DNA of 64,000 nt from the sequence record DRR723986_576. One strand, given 5' to 3'. The position numbers were made by a program, and so were the translations under genes. The notes beneath the pieces were generated by a model. It had not been told where the DNA came from. It saw nothing but the letters and a program-made list of their open reading frames with translations, and ran no database searches. This document shows positions 38,271-48,800 of the stretch, piece by piece. Position 1 is the first letter of the stretch, and each line of letters opens with the position of its first letter.

Positions 38271-39131
38271 TTAGCTAACGGTGGTTTTGGTGTAGGCCTC
38301 GCTGAACGACCACAGCTTCTCCGCCGCCGCGTCGTCTTTGCCCCAGGGCTTAATGCGCTTGGGTTTGCAGTCGGCAAAGTATTCGCCGGTAACTCCTTCC
38401 AAGCTGGGCGAGGTCGCCACATAAATGGAGGTTTCGGCGCCCTTGTCGGGGCTACGGAAAAAGGGTTTTAACACGAGCCCTAACACTTTCCCGATGATGA
38501 CATTGTCTTGCTGGCCGAGGCCGGTGCTGACTGCGCCAGGATGCACACAGTTTACCGTTACGCCAGTACCTTCGAGTTGCTTGGCCAGATGGCGGGTCCA
38601 CAGAATATTGCAGAGTTTGGAGTGGCCGTACACTTTGAAGGTTTTGTATTTCTGGCGGGCAAACTCCAGGTCGTCAAACTGTACGCCTTTGCAGAAAGCA
38701 TGAGCTTCCGACGCCACCGACACAATGCGCGCTGGCGCGCTGGCGACGATGCGCTCTCGAAGCAGCTCAGTCAGTAGAAAATAGGCAAGGTGGTTCACGG
38801 CGAAGGTTTCTTCTATGCCGTCGGCGCTGAGCTTGCGCTCGGTATTCACCACACCGGCGTTGTTCAATAACAGGTGAAGCGGTTTGCCGGTATCGAGAAA
38901 CTGTTTCGCGGCGCGGCGAATATCGGCCATTTTACCGAGGTTAGCAATTAACAGAGACAACTCGGCGTCGGGTCGTATACTACGCAGTTCGTCCAATAGC
39001 GCTTGGCCCTTCTCTTCATTGCGGCAGAGAATAAACAGCTCAGCACCCTGCTCTACCAGCGCCTTGGCGGTCGCACGGCCAATGCCGTTGGTCGCGCCGG
39101 TAATCAAACACACTTTTCCCGTCATGCTCAT
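38271..39131 (-). CDS. SDR, retinol dehydrogenase-like
   Basis: TGATNGIG, NNAG, YGHSKLCN, HPGAVST. Confidence 0.9.
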   Translation of the reverse strand: MSMTGKVCLITGATNGIGRATAKALVEQGAELFILCRNEEKGQALLDELRSIRPDAELSLLIANLGKMADIRRAAKQFLDTGKPLHLLLNNAGVVNTERKLSADGIEETFAVNHLAYFLLTELLRERIVASAPARIVSVASEAHAFCKGVQFDDLEFARQKYKTFKVYGHSKLCNILWTRHLAKQLEGTGVTVNCVHPGAVSTGLGQQDNVIIGKVLGLVLKPFFRSPDKGAETSIYVATSPSLEGVTGEYFADCKPKRIKPWGKDDAAAEKLWSFSEAYTKTTVS

Positions 39132-39166
39132 TATTATTGTCCTTGCACTATTGGTTTTGGTTTAAC

Positions 39167-39556
39167 TTAATCGACGCTCCGCGTGCGGCCGTTGTCGTCG
39201 ATGGCGACAAATACAAATTCGCCCTCAGTGACTTTTATCGGCTCTTCGTCGTCGTATTCGGTGATCCAGACTTCCACATTGATGCGAATGGAGCTGCGTC
39301 CAACTTCAAGCACATCGGTATAACAGCTCACCACCGCGCCAACATTTACCGGCGACAAAAACGCCATACTGGCAACGGCTACTGTGGCGACCCTGCCACC
39401 TGCGCGTCGCCCGGCAGTAATACCGGCTGCAAGATCCATTTGCGACATTAACCAGCCACCGTAGATATCTCCGTCGGCATTAGTATCTGCAGGCATAGCG
39501 ATCACCTGCATGGCTAACTCGCCTTTGGGGCGGGGCACATCATCTATGTCACGCAT
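39167..39556 (-). CDS. Acyl-CoA thioesterase (YciA-type hotdog fold)
   Basis: AMPADTNADGDIYGGWLMSQMDLA. Confidence 0.9.
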   Translation of the reverse strand: MRDIDDVPRPKGELAMQVIAMPADTNADGDIYGGWLMSQMDLAAGITAGRRAGGRVATVAVASMAFLSPVNVGAVVSCYTDVLEVGRSSIRINVEVWITEYDDEEPIKVTEGEFVFVAIDDNGRTRSVD

Positions 39557-39634
39557 AGGTTTGTATTCCTACTGTTTGAATTATTGGTCGAGCGCCCAGT
39601 TAACGGATGACGCCTAGTATTGTCAATCTAATTT

Positions 39635-41005
39635 CTAACCTCGCACCAGCGCTGGCAACCACGTAGCCAAACCGGGCCACAGCGCCAGGATCGCCAGCAC
39701 CATTAATTGCAGAACGATATAGGGCGCCACGCCGCGATAAATGTCCGAGGTTGCCACCGAGGCCGGAGCCACACCGCGCAAGTAGAACAGCGAAAAGCCA
39801 AACGGCGGCGTAAGAAAAGAGGTTTGCAGGTTGAGCGCGATCATAATGCCCAGCCATATTGGGTCTACGCCCATGGCCAGCAGAATCGGCCCGACGATGG
39901 GCACCACCACAAAGGTGATTTCAATAAAGTCGAGAATAAAGCCCAGCAGGAAGATCACCAACATCACCAGCGCGGTGGCTGCCACCACGCCGCCAGGCAT
40001 TGCCGTAAAGGCGCCGTGAATCAGCTCGTCGCCACCGAAGCCGCGAAACACCAGGGAAAACACCGCGGCGCCAATCAGGATCATAAATACCATGCAGGTG
40101 ACCTTCATGGTTTCCCGCGACACTTCAGCCAAACGCGCCAGCGACAGACGGCCGCGCAGCAGCGCCAACAGCGCTGCACCCAGGGCACCAACGCCCGCCG
40201 CCTCGGTAGGCGTGGCGGCCCCGGCGAGAATGGAACCCAATACCGTAACGATCAACAGCACTGGCGGAACAAAGCCGCGCAGCAACTGGCCAATTGGCGG
40301 CGCTTGCAGGTCACTGGCGGGCGGCGCTTTTTCCGGGCGAAGAATCGCCATGCCGCCCATATATAAAATGTATAAGCTCACCAGCAGCAAGCCGGGGATC
40401 AGAGCGCCGATAAACAAATCGCCCACCGACAGGGTTTTGGGGCTGAATACCCCAAGATCCAACTGCGCTTGCTGATAAGCGCTGGAGAGTGTGTCGCCGA
40501 GTAGTACCAGGGCGATAGAGGGCGGAATGATCTGCCCCAATGTTCCAGTGGCGCAGATGGTGCCGGTGGCCAGTGCCGGGTCGTAGCCGCGCTTGAGCAT
40601 TGACGGCAACGAGAGCAGGCCCATGGTCACCACTGTAGCCCCCACAATACCTGTGCTGGCTGCCAGCAACATACCGACAACAATCACCGAGATACCCAAA
40701 CCGCCGCGCCGACGGCCAAACAGTGCCGCCATATTGCTGAGCAATTCCTCGGCGAGCTGACTCTTTTCCAGCAGCACGCCCATTAATACAAACAGCGGCA
40801 CCGCCAATAAGGTGATGTTGTTGATGGTGCCAAATATCCGGTTGGGCAGTGCGGCAAGGAAACTGGGGTCGAAGTGGCCGAGGCTGATACCCAGGCCAGC
40901 AAAGATCATCGCCACCCCGGCCAGACTAAAGGCCACCGGGTAGCCCAGCATGAGCACCAGGCATATGGTGATGAACATTAGCAGTGGCAACAACTCAATC
41001 AGCAC
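39635..41005 (-). CDS. dctM: TRAP transporter large permease
   Basis: LLAVPLF, GTLGQIIPPS, QTSFLTPPFG; multi-TM. Confidence 0.92.
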   Translation of the reverse strand: MLIELLPLLMFITICLVLMLGYPVAFSLAGVAMIFAGLGISLGHFDPSFLAALPNRIFGTINNITLLAVPLFVLMGVLLEKSQLAEELLSNMAALFGRRRGGLGISVIVVGMLLAASTGIVGATVVTMGLLSLPSMLKRGYDPALATGTICATGTLGQIIPPSIALVLLGDTLSSAYQQAQLDLGVFSPKTLSVGDLFIGALIPGLLLVSLYILYMGGMAILRPEKAPPASDLQAPPIGQLLRGFVPPVLLIVTVLGSILAGAATPTEAAGVGALGAALLALLRGRLSLARLAEVSRETMKVTCMVFMILIGAAVFSLVFRGFGGDELIHGAFTAMPGGVVAATALVMLVIFLLGFILDFIEITFVVVPIVGPILLAMGVDPIWLGIMIALNLQTSFLTPPFGFSLFYLRGVAPASVATSDIYRGVAPYIVLQLMVLAILALWPGLATWLPALVRG

Positions 41006-41519
41006 GGTTCACCTCCGCGCCGTCGCCCTCTATCAACACCAGGGCATTGCGCAGTAGTTCGGCAAGGCCCTGCAGAGCAAGATTGACCGCCATTAGCGGT
41101 ATCAGGCTCTTGAGTAGAAACACCGCTGGAATGCCGCCGGGCTCAACAGAGGCCTCGCGAATTTCCCAGGCCTTGGCACTGAAATCCCAGCTGCTGAGCA
41201 AAATAAGCCCACACAGCGGCAATAAAAATATCAGCGTGCCCAGGCTGTCGATCCATGCGCGCTGGCGCGGAGAAAAGCGCTGATAAAAAATATCCACTCG
41301 CACATGGGCACCGTGTTTCAGGGCATAGGCGGCGCCGAGCATAAATACCGAGCCGTGCAGATAACTGACCGACTCCTGCATGGCCGTCAGGCCATAGCCA
41401 AAGCCGTAACGCATAACCACCACCGCGGCGGTAACCAGCATCATGATGGGAATACACCAGGCCAGTACACGGCCAGTCGCCTCGGTGAAGGCGTCGATGA
41501 AACGTAGTGTCGCTCTCAT
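40995..41519 (-). CDS. dctQ: TRAP transporter small permease
   Basis: HVRVDIFY motif, 4 TM. Confidence 0.9.
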   Translation of the reverse strand: MRATLRFIDAFTEATGRVLAWCIPIMMLVTAAVVVMRYGFGYGLTAMQESVSYLHGSVFMLGAAYALKHGAHVRVDIFYQRFSPRQRAWIDSLGTLIFLLPLCGLILLSSWDFSAKAWEIREASVEPGGIPAVFLLKSLIPLMAVNLALQGLAELLRNALVLIEGDGAEVNRAD

Positions 41520-41645
41520 TATTGTAATTAACTGCATGTCGACCCAAGTGGGGCGATATTATAGTCGCAGCAGCCCCCCTCTCGCCATGCGAATGACCGG
41601 CAAACACGCTATCATTGCGCCTTTTAAGGTAAATTCATTACTGCT

Positions 41646-42143
41646 ATGAGCCATCCGCCTCTCGCCGATAAAGAAACCCGACTGGAACTCTTCGCCGGCA
41701 TTCACCCCAACAACCAGCAACCCGTGTTTGAACAGTGCCTGGCCAGCCCCTGCGAAACCGAGGGCCAGTATCGCTTATTAAAGTCACCGCTGTTTGTACG
41801 CGGCGTGGCGGCACTGGACACCCTGGAACTGAATAATGAATCGCGCGGTCGCTTTAAAGTGGTTGAGCGCGGCGGCAACCTCTGCCTGCGCGTATTTATG
41901 CGCGAGCCCAACGAAGCGCTGGAGCAGCAACTGACCGGCGAGATCGAAAAACTGGGCGGCCACCTAGACATTAGCAGCGAACGCGCTTTGGTCTACAGCA
42001 TTCATTTTGGCGTAGGTTTTCAGGCGATTGAAAAATTACTCGATGCCAATGTAAAAACCGGCGAAGCCCGCTGGCTGTACGGCAATGTCTACGACGACCA
42101 AGGCGAGCCGCTGAACTGGTGGCAGGACCTGTTAAAAGCGTAG
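41646..42143 (+). CDS. Hypothetical protein (DUF4265-like)
   Basis: 165 aa; YGNVYD..PLNWW C-terminal motif. Confidence 0.7.
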   Translation: MSHPPLADKETRLELFAGIHPNNQQPVFEQCLASPCETEGQYRLLKSPLFVRGVAALDTLELNNESRGRFKVVERGGNLCLRVFMREPNEALEQQLTGEIEKLGGHLDISSERALVYSIHFGVGFQAIEKLLDANVKTGEARWLYGNVYDDQGEPLNWWQDLLKA

Positions 42144-42161
42144 CGGCGAAAGGAGCCAAGC

Positions 42162-42935
42162 ATGTTGATACTGATTTCACCGGCAAAGACGCTGGACTTT
42201 GACACCCCCGCTCACACTCAGCAGCGCAGCGAGCCGGATTTTCTAGACGCTTCGCAGCAGCTTATCGATGAGCTGCGCGAACTGGCGCCTCAGGATATTT
42301 CCGCGCTGATGAAGATCAGCGACAAACTCGGAACACTCAACTACCAGCGCTTTGCTGACTGGCAAACGCCGTTTACGCCCGACAACGCCAAGCAGGCGGT
42401 ATTGGCTTTTCGCGGCGATGTATACACAGGACTGAATGCCGACGACTTCAGCGACGACGATTTCGCCTTTGCCCAGCAGCACCTGCGCATTCTTTCCGGC
42501 TTATATGGTCTGCTGCGGCCGCTGGATTTGATTCAGCCCTATCGGCTGGAAATGGGCACAAAGTTCGCCAACAGCGGCGGCAAAAACCTCTACGAATTTT
42601 GGGGCGAGCGCATCACCGATGCCATCAATGCCCAATTTAGCGATGCCGGCCCGCTGCTGCTTAACCTGGCGTCGAATGAGTACTTCAGCGCCGTGAAGCC
42701 CAAGCTGCTGAACGCCGACGTTATCACCCCGGTGTTTAAAGACTACAAAAACGGCAAGTACAAAATTATCAGCTTCTACGCCAAAAAGGCCCGAGGTTTG
42801 ATGAGCGCCTATGTGATTAAGCAGCGCATTACCGACGCCGAGAAACTGAAGCAATTCGACACCGATGGCTACTATTACTGCCCTGAGCAGTCCACTGCCA
42901 CGGAGTGGGTGTTCCTTCGCGACGAGGTCGCCTAA
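42162..42935 (+). CDS. yaaA: Peroxide stress protein YaaA
   Basis: [37 protein letters not shown]. Confidence 0.95.
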   Translation: MLILISPAKTLDFDTPAHTQQRSEPDFLDASQQLIDELRELAPQDISALMKISDKLGTLNYQRFADWQTPFTPDNAKQAVLAFRGDVYTGLNADDFSDDDFAFAQQHLRILSGLYGLLRPLDLIQPYRLEMGTKFANSGGKNLYEFWGERITDAINAQFSDAGPLLLNLASNEYFSAVKPKLLNADVITPVFKDYKNGKYKIISFYAKKARGLMSAYVIKQRITDAEKLKQFDTDGYYYCPEQSTATEWVFLRDEVA

Positions 42936-42938
42936 GTC

Positions 42939-43400
42939 CTATTCCAGACTGAGTATCGTCTGCCAGTGACGCTCTTCTACCGGCATCACCGACAGGCGAT
43001 TACCCTTCTTCAGCAACGCCATATCGCTTAGCGCCGGATGGCTTTTTAGTTCGCTCAAGGGAATCAGGCGCCCCAGCTTGCGGCGCAGCTGAATGTCCAC
43101 CATATACCAGCGCGGATCCTCGTCGCTGGCCTTGGGATCATAGTATTTGGACTCGGGGTCGCGCGCAGTGTGGTCGGGATAACCCTCCCGCACGACCTCG
43201 GCAATGCCGACAATGCCCGGCGTTTTACAGGCAGAGTGATAGAAAAATACCTGATCGCCCACCTGCATGTTGTCGCGCATGATGTTGCGCGCCTGGTAAT
43301 TGCGCACCCCATCCCAGTGCTCGGTGGCATTTTTGCAGGCCGCCAAATCATCAATGCCAAAAGCATCCGGCTCGGATTTTACCAACCAGTATTGCATCAC
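42939..43400 (-). CDS. EVE domain protein
   Basis: YWLVKSEP, WDGVRNYQARN, RLSVMPV. Confidence 0.92.
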   Translation of the reverse strand: MMQYWLVKSEPDAFGIDDLAACKNATEHWDGVRNYQARNIMRDNMQVGDQVFFYHSACKTPGIVGIAEVVREGYPDHTARDPESKYYDPKASDEDPRWYMVDIQLRRKLGRLIPLSELKSHPALSDMALLKKGNRLSVMPVEERHWQTILSLE

Positions 43401-43496
43401 TCCTCCTCTGCACTGACACTGTGCACCAACAAAAAGTGTAGCGGCCGGTCGCTATGGCCGTCCATCCTCCCTGGAAAGTCCAGCTAGGTACCTGAA

Positions 43497-44087
43497 ATGC
43501 AAAAACCCTACTCCCAGGCCTGCGAAAACAACAAACTACCTATCTTTAGCACCTTGCAGCCCATTCTTAACACTCTAAAAAGCGTGGTGGAGATTGGCAG
43601 CGGCACCGGGCAACACGCGGTGCACGTCGCCCGCCTTCACCCTCAATTGCAGTGGCAGTGTTGCGACCAGGCGGAATACCTGCCCGGCATACAACAGTGG
43701 CTGGACGAGGCCAAGCTCGACAACCTTCCAGCGCCGCAGCCCTTTGAGGTGAATTCCTCGCCCTGGCCCAGCGGCGATTTTCAGGCACTCTACTCAGCCA
43801 ATACCCTACACATTATGAGCTGGACCTCGGTGGAGCGACTGTTCGCCCGCATTGCTGAACACGGCGCCGATTTGCAGTGGCTTTTTATCTACGGCCCTTT
43901 CAATTACCAAGGGCAATCCACCTCGGCCAGCAACGCCGAGTTTGATCAGTGGTTAAAAAGCCGCGATCCGATGAGTGGCATCCGCGATGCCGAGGCGGTG
44001 AGTGGTTTGGCAGCAAAGGCAGGCTTTGCACTTCACAGCGACTGTGAAATGCCGGCCAATAACCGCCTGCTAATCTGGAAGCGCTAA
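43497..44087 (+). CDS. DUF938 SAM-dependent methyltransferase-like protein
   Basis: EIGSGTGQH, SANTLHIM, MPANN. Confidence 0.88.
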   Translation: MQKPYSQACENNKLPIFSTLQPILNTLKSVVEIGSGTGQHAVHVARLHPQLQWQCCDQAEYLPGIQQWLDEAKLDNLPAPQPFEVNSSPWPSGDFQALYSANTLHIMSWTSVERLFARIAEHGADLQWLFIYGPFNYQGQSTSASNAEFDQWLKSRDPMSGIRDAEAVSGLAAKAGFALHSDCEMPANNRLLIWKR

Positions 44088-44096
44088 ACGTCGGGC

Positions 44097-44127
44097 AAAA
44101 AAAAGCCGCGACCTGAGTCGCGGCTTT
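44097..44127 (-). terminator. Rho-independent terminator (ompA side; possibly bidirectional)
   Basis: A8 tract plus gccgcgac ctga gtcgcggc stem. Confidence 0.85.
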
Positions 44128-44160
44128 CTGATTACTTCCAATTACTTGCTAAGGTAAGCC

Positions 44161-45642
44161 TTACAGCTCTTCCTCTGCGTCGTAATCATAGTCGTAGTCA
44201 TATTCCTCTTCCTGAACATCAGCAGAGGGGTCGTAGTCATAGATGTCTTCATCCATCGCGGCGTCTTCAGCAGGTGCTTCAGCCGCAGCTTCTTCGACCA
44301 TGGGCTCTTCTTCAACGGTCGGTACGTAAGCGGGCTCTACCACCATTTCTTCATCACCCAACACTTTCAGCTCAACGCGGCGGTTTTCCGCACGGCCGTC
44401 TTTAGTGTCGTTGCTGGCGATAGGCTGCTCTTCACCGTAGCCGCGAGCGGTCAGGCGGCCGCCGTCAACACCCTGGCCAACCAAGTAGTTTTTCACTGAC
44501 TTGGCGCGATTCTGAGACAGGTTCATGTTGTAGCTATCGCTACCTGAGCTGTCAGTGTGGCCTTGCAGCTCAACGTTGAAGCCGGGCGAGCTGTTCAGCG
44601 TTGAGGCAACACCGTCGAGAATCGTTTCTGCATTCACGGTCAGCTGTGCGCTGTTCACTTCGAAGTTCACACCGCGCAGAACCACTGACTGCTCTTGGCC
44701 ACAGCCATTTGACATCACTTGCTCACCAGCAGGTGTGTTGGGGCATGCGTCGTCGCGGTCAGCAACGCCGTCGCCGTCGCTATCCAGTGAACAACCCTGG
44801 GCATCCACTTGCTCGCCGGCAGGCGTGTTGGGGCACTTGTCGAGGTAGTCAGCAACACCGTCGTTATCGCCATCCAGCGGGCAGCCTACGCTGTCTACTT
44901 GAACACCGCGCGGTGTGCCTGGGCACTGATCGGTTTCATCAACAACACCGTCGCCGTCACCGTCTTTGGCGCCGTATTGGGCGTCGAAGAAGTTGTAGCG
45001 CAGGCCGATCATCAGGCTCTGTGCTTCGTATTCAGTTTCGAGTTTTGAGCCGCTGCTGGCAAACTCGGGATCTTCAGATACCGCGTAGCGATAACCGGCA
45101 TCCATCACCAGGCGTGGTGTCAGGTGGTAGTTAACACCGGCACCCAACTGGCCCATGAATACGTCATCATCGCTGCCGTTGAGTTCCATGTTGGCCATAC
45201 CCAGACCGAAACCCACGTAGGGGCGCAGACGCTCGCCAGCGCGGAAGTCGTACCAAACGTTACCCAACAGAGACTGTACTTCCAGAGCAGAGTCAGAGTT
45301 GCTTACGTCGTTCTCGCCTTCACTGTATTCCAGTTCCAGACGCAGCGCACCAGCGGTTTTATAACCGAAGTTAACACCGTAGCCCCAGTCGTCGTCGTAC
45401 TCGGTATCCACTTCGATCGAAGCACCCACTGGCGGTGGCAACAGGCCAAGGTCGGTCAACAGTTGTGTAAGTGGGTCGCCAGGCGCAGCCGCTTCAGTTG
45501 TCAGCGTGCCATCGGCATCGAATACTTCGGTGTAAGCGGCTTTACCGCCGATGTAAAAACCTTTCTCTTCTTCGGCGCTGACAGCACCTGCAGACGCGAG
45601 CAGTACACCCGCTGTCAGAGCAGAAATCCATTGCTTGCTCAT
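44161..45642 (-). CDS. OmpA/OprF-like outer membrane protein with TSP3 repeats and acidic tail
   Basis: Signal peptide, beta-barrel, DGDGV.D..D.CP repeats, GHTD..LSQNRA..NRRVE OmpA-C domain. Confidence 0.9.
   Translation of the reverse strand: MSKQWISALTAGVLLASAGAVSAEEEKGFYIGGKAAYTEVFDADGTLTTEAAAPGDPLTQLLTDLGLLPPPVGASIEVDTEYDDDWGYGVNFGYKTAGALRLELEYSEGENDVSNSDSALEVQSLLGNVWYDFRAGERLRPYVGFGLGMANMELNGSDDDVFMGQLGAGVNYHLTPRLVMDAGYRYAVSEDPEFASSGSKLETEYEAQSLMIGLRYNFFDAQYGAKDGDGDGVVDETDQCPGTPRGVQVDSVGCPLDGDNDGVADYLDKCPNTPAGEQVDAQGCSLDSDGDGVADRDDACPNTPAGEQVMSNGCGQEQSVVLRGVNFEVNSAQLTVNAETILDGVASTLNSSPGFNVELQGHTDSSGSDSYNMNLSQNRAKSVKNYLVGQGVDGGRLTARGYGEEQPIASNDTKDGRAENRRVELKVLGDEEMVVEPAYVPTVEEEPMVEEAAAEAPAEDAAMDEDIYDYDPSADVQEEEYDYDYDYDAEEEL
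44698..44965 (-). repeat. Three ~90 bp thrombospondin type-3-like coding repeats
   Basis: D.D.DGV.D..D.CP.TP.G.QV...GC three times; boundaries approximate. Confidence 0.8.
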
Positions 45643-45859
45643 AGCAATCCCCCAGTTATTAGTTATAAATTTACATTCAACAAAGGCTTGATAGCCCCTG
45701 ATACTAACCGATATTACGACTCACGTTTAGCGAAAAGAGTCACTCCCTTGGTATTTTTCCACTAAGTTTGCCGCTTTGCAGAAGATTTGTTCTCTGTAGC
45801 CGCCACCCCCAACGCCGATATACGTTACTATAGCCGCGTTTTTTATACGGGTTTTGATT

Positions 45860-47173
45860 ATGACGCCTGAACTGCTCTCTCCTGCTGGCAGCCTTCGCAA
45901 CATGCGTTACGCATTTGCCTACGGTGCCGATGCCGTTTACGCCGGCCAACCTCGCTATAGCCTACGCGTGCGCAATAATGAATTCAAAGACCTGGAAACC
46001 CTCGCCACTGGTATTAACGAGGCACACAATCAGGGCAAGCAGTTTTATCTGGCGTCGAATATTTCGCCACACAACGACAAGATTCGCAGCTATCTGCGCG
46101 ACTTAGAACCCGTGGTCGCGCTCGGCCCCGACGCACTGATTATGGCCGACCCCGGCTTAATGATGCTCGTTCAGGAACGCTGGCCGGACCTCCCCATTCA
46201 CCTTTCTGTTCAAGCCAACGCGGTGAATTGGGCAAGCGTGAAATTTTGGCATCGCAATGGCATTCGCCGGGTGATTCTGTCGCGCGAACTTTCCCTGAAC
46301 GAAATTGAAGAGATCCGCCAGCGCGTACCGGAAATGGAGCTGGAGGTGTTTGTTCACGGCGCGCTGTGTATTGCCTACTCGGGGCGCTGCCTGCTGTCGG
46401 GGTATATGAACCACCGCGACCCGAACCAAGGCGCCTGCACCAATGCCTGCCGCTGGCAGTATCAAGCGCACGAAGCGAAGGAAGATGCCACCGGCGACCT
46501 GATCGCCGTGCAAAACTACGAGCCACAGCCCCAGGTCGAGCCGGTGCTGCTGCAACAGGCCCAGCGCCCCGGCGAATACATGCCCGCCTACGAAGACGAG
46601 CACGGTACTTATATTATGAATTCCAAGGACCTGCGCGCCGTGCAACATGTGCAGCGCTTGCAGGAAATGGGGATTCACTCGCTGAAGATTGAAGGACGCA
46701 CCAAGTCGCACTACTACGTGGCGCGTACGGCTCAGGTATACCGCCGCGCCATCGACGACGCCGTCGCCGGCCGCGAGTTCGATATGGGCTTGATGGACGA
46801 GCTGGAAACCCTGGCCAACCGCGGCTACACCGAAGGCTTTTACCGGCGCCACCCTCCCAAGGAATATCAAAATTATGAGATGGGTAGCAGCGACGCCCAG
46901 CAGCAACAGTTTGTTGCCGAAGTGGTGGATGTTAGCGGTAGCGATATTGTCGTTGACGTGAAAAACCGCTTCGCCGTTGGCGATACCGTGCAACTGATGA
47001 CGCCCCAGGGCAACCAGCGCTTCACCCTGAACACCCTGCTCGACAAAAACGGCAAGGCGGCAGACGTTGCCCCCGGTTCCGGCCATCGCATGCGCATTCC
47101 TCTAGACGGACAACTCGACGAACAGGCACTACGTTACGGGCTGATCGTAAAGGATATTCACGCCGGCGGTTGA
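45860..47173 (+). CDS. trhP: U32 family tRNA hydroxylation protein TrhP/YegQ
   Basis: PELLSPAG..AYGADAVYAGQPRYSLRVRNNEF, CIAYSGRC, CTNACR, SLKIEGRTKS. Confidence 0.9.
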   Translation: MTPELLSPAGSLRNMRYAFAYGADAVYAGQPRYSLRVRNNEFKDLETLATGINEAHNQGKQFYLASNISPHNDKIRSYLRDLEPVVALGPDALIMADPGLMMLVQERWPDLPIHLSVQANAVNWASVKFWHRNGIRRVILSRELSLNEIEEIRQRVPEMELEVFVHGALCIAYSGRCLLSGYMNHRDPNQGACTNACRWQYQAHEAKEDATGDLIAVQNYEPQPQVEPVLLQQAQRPGEYMPAYEDEHGTYIMNSKDLRAVQHVQRLQEMGIHSLKIEGRTKSHYYVARTAQVYRRAIDDAVAGREFDMGLMDELETLANRGYTEGFYRRHPPKEYQNYEMGSSDAQQQQFVAEVVDVSGSDIVVDVKNRFAVGDTVQLMTPQGNQRFTLNTLLDKNGKAADVAPGSGHRMRIPLDGQLDEQALRYGLIVKDIHAGG

Positions 47174-47211
47174 GGCTGTTACGCTGAGTAAAGGCCGAAC
47201 AGGAGACGCCC

Positions 47212-47595
47212 ATGGAGCGAAGCAAACTGCGCAGCATGCGCGGCTTAATTAACATTAGCTTGTTAAGCCTGATCTTCGGCGCCGCCATCCATATCTTGGC
47301 GAGCCTGCTCGGCAACTACGGCGCGATGGCCTTGGGCGCATTCGGCGTACTGCTCACCTTTTACTGCTACCGCCGCGCCGATCGCGAGGACGCCAGCCGA
47401 CTGGCCTACACACTCTGGCGGCTGCTGCCGACCCTCACCTTTGTGATCTTACCCGTCGCCATTTTTTGGTACGGCAGCGACTCCCAATGGAGCGCCACCG
47501 AGGTATTGATGCTGGTGGAAATCAGCTGCAGCTACCTCATTCCTATCGCCTGCCTGCTGTTGGTGGAACGCAGCCTGAAAAAAGCGCAGCAATAA
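47212..47595 (+). CDS. Hypothetical membrane protein
   Basis: AGGAG RBS, 4 hydrophobic segments. Confidence 0.7.
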   Translation: MERSKLRSMRGLINISLLSLIFGAAIHILASLLGNYGAMALGAFGVLLTFYCYRRADREDASRLAYTLWRLLPTLTFVILPVAIFWYGSDSQWSATEVLMLVEISCSYLIPIACLLLVERSLKKAQQ

Positions 47596-47601
47596 GCCCC
47601 G

Positions 47602-48744
47602 CTATTCCCTCTGCTTGAAGGGCAGCGCCTGCGCAGCCTCTTGCAGATATTCAGCAATATGGCGCTGTTCGGTGTGAAGAAAGCGCGCCACCGCGTCGCT
47701 AAAACTGGCATCGGCCAACCAGTGCTGGGAGTAAGTGGTGATGGGCTCAAAGCCGCGCTGAATTTTGTGCTCGCCCTGCGCCCCCGGGTCAAACTTGCTT
47801 AAGCCCTGTTCAATGCAATGCTCAATGCCCTGGTAATAGCAGGCTTCAAAATGCAGGAAATCGTATTCGCGAATACAGCCCCAATAGCGCCCGAATAAGG
47901 TATCCGCGCCCTGAAAATTCAGGGCCGCCGCCACCGGCACATCGCCCTCGTAGGCCAATACCAACAGCAGCCGGTCTGCCATTGACCGGGCAATGGCCTG
48001 AAAGAAGGCCTCCGATAAATAACCGCCGTGACCGCTGCGTTTGGCGTAGGTCATCTGATAACAGTGGAAGAAAAAGCGCCACTGCGACTCGCTCACATCA
48101 CTGCCCGACAGGCGCTCCAGGCGCAGCCCCTGATCGACCATTGTGCGACGCTCCTTGCGCAGGTTTTTTCGCTTGCGCGAACTGAAGGTCGCCAGAAAGT
48201 CGTCAAAGCCTTGATAACCCCGATTAAACCAATGGTACTGCGGGCCAACGCGCTGCAATAAGCCCGCGCGTTGCCAGCGCTCGGCGTCGTTAACATCGGG
48301 GAATAGAATATGGGCTGAGGAGGCGTCCAGCTGTTCGGCGCGGCGCTGCAATTGCTCGACCACCACGCTGTAAAGCGCGTCAGCCTCCAGGTCATCGCGC
48401 AAGCACAGGCGCGGCCCCGTTGCCGGGGTGAAGGGAATGGCCGACAACAACTTAGGGTAGTATTCCAGGCCGTGGCGGCGATAGGCATCGGCCCAGGCCC
48501 AATCAAACACATACTCGCCGTAGCTGTGTGACTTGATATACAGCGGCAATAAGCCGCACAACACGCCACCCTCGCGAATAACCAAATGCTGAGGTAGCCA
48601 GCCGGTCTCGGCGGTGGTTGCGCCACTGTCTTCCAACGCGGCCAGAAAGGTGTGCTGCAAAAACGGGTAGTCGTCACCGGCGACCGCATTCCACTCGTCG
48701 GCGGCAACGCGGTGAATGCTGTCGATAAACTGCAATTCCAGCAT
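47602..48744 (-). CDS. GNAT/FemAB-like protein (DUF482)
   Basis: KSHSYGEYVFDWAWA, GRYWG, LHFEACYYQGI, GAQGEHK. Confidence 0.9.
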   Translation of the reverse strand: MLELQFIDSIHRVAADEWNAVAGDDYPFLQHTFLAALEDSGATTAETGWLPQHLVIREGGVLCGLLPLYIKSHSYGEYVFDWAWADAYRRHGLEYYPKLLSAIPFTPATGPRLCLRDDLEADALYSVVVEQLQRRAEQLDASSAHILFPDVNDAERWQRAGLLQRVGPQYHWFNRGYQGFDDFLATFSSRKRKNLRKERRTMVDQGLRLERLSGSDVSESQWRFFFHCYQMTYAKRSGHGGYLSEAFFQAIARSMADRLLLVLAYEGDVPVAAALNFQGADTLFGRYWGCIREYDFLHFEACYYQGIEHCIEQGLSKFDPGAQGEHKIQRGFEPITTYSQHWLADASFSDAVARFLHTEQRHIAEYLQEAAQALPFKQRE

Positions 48745-48800
48745 GTTCTATATCCAACAAACCATCAGCTGTGCATACGCGCTAGCAAAGCCGCACGATG

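Noticed and set aside
14388-39166. Calling the catabolic block an integrative mobile element
   Set aside because: No integrase, transposase, tRNA or att-like direct repeat seen
39621-39637. tgtcaa tctaa tttcta as a sixth copy of the shared operator
   Set aside because: Second half-site is poor; better explained as a TTGACA -35 box for the minus-strand thioesterase gene
44161-44965. Repeats in ompA as CRISPR or mobile-element repeats
   Set aside because: In-frame degenerate coding repeats; no identical repeat/spacer pattern and no cas genes
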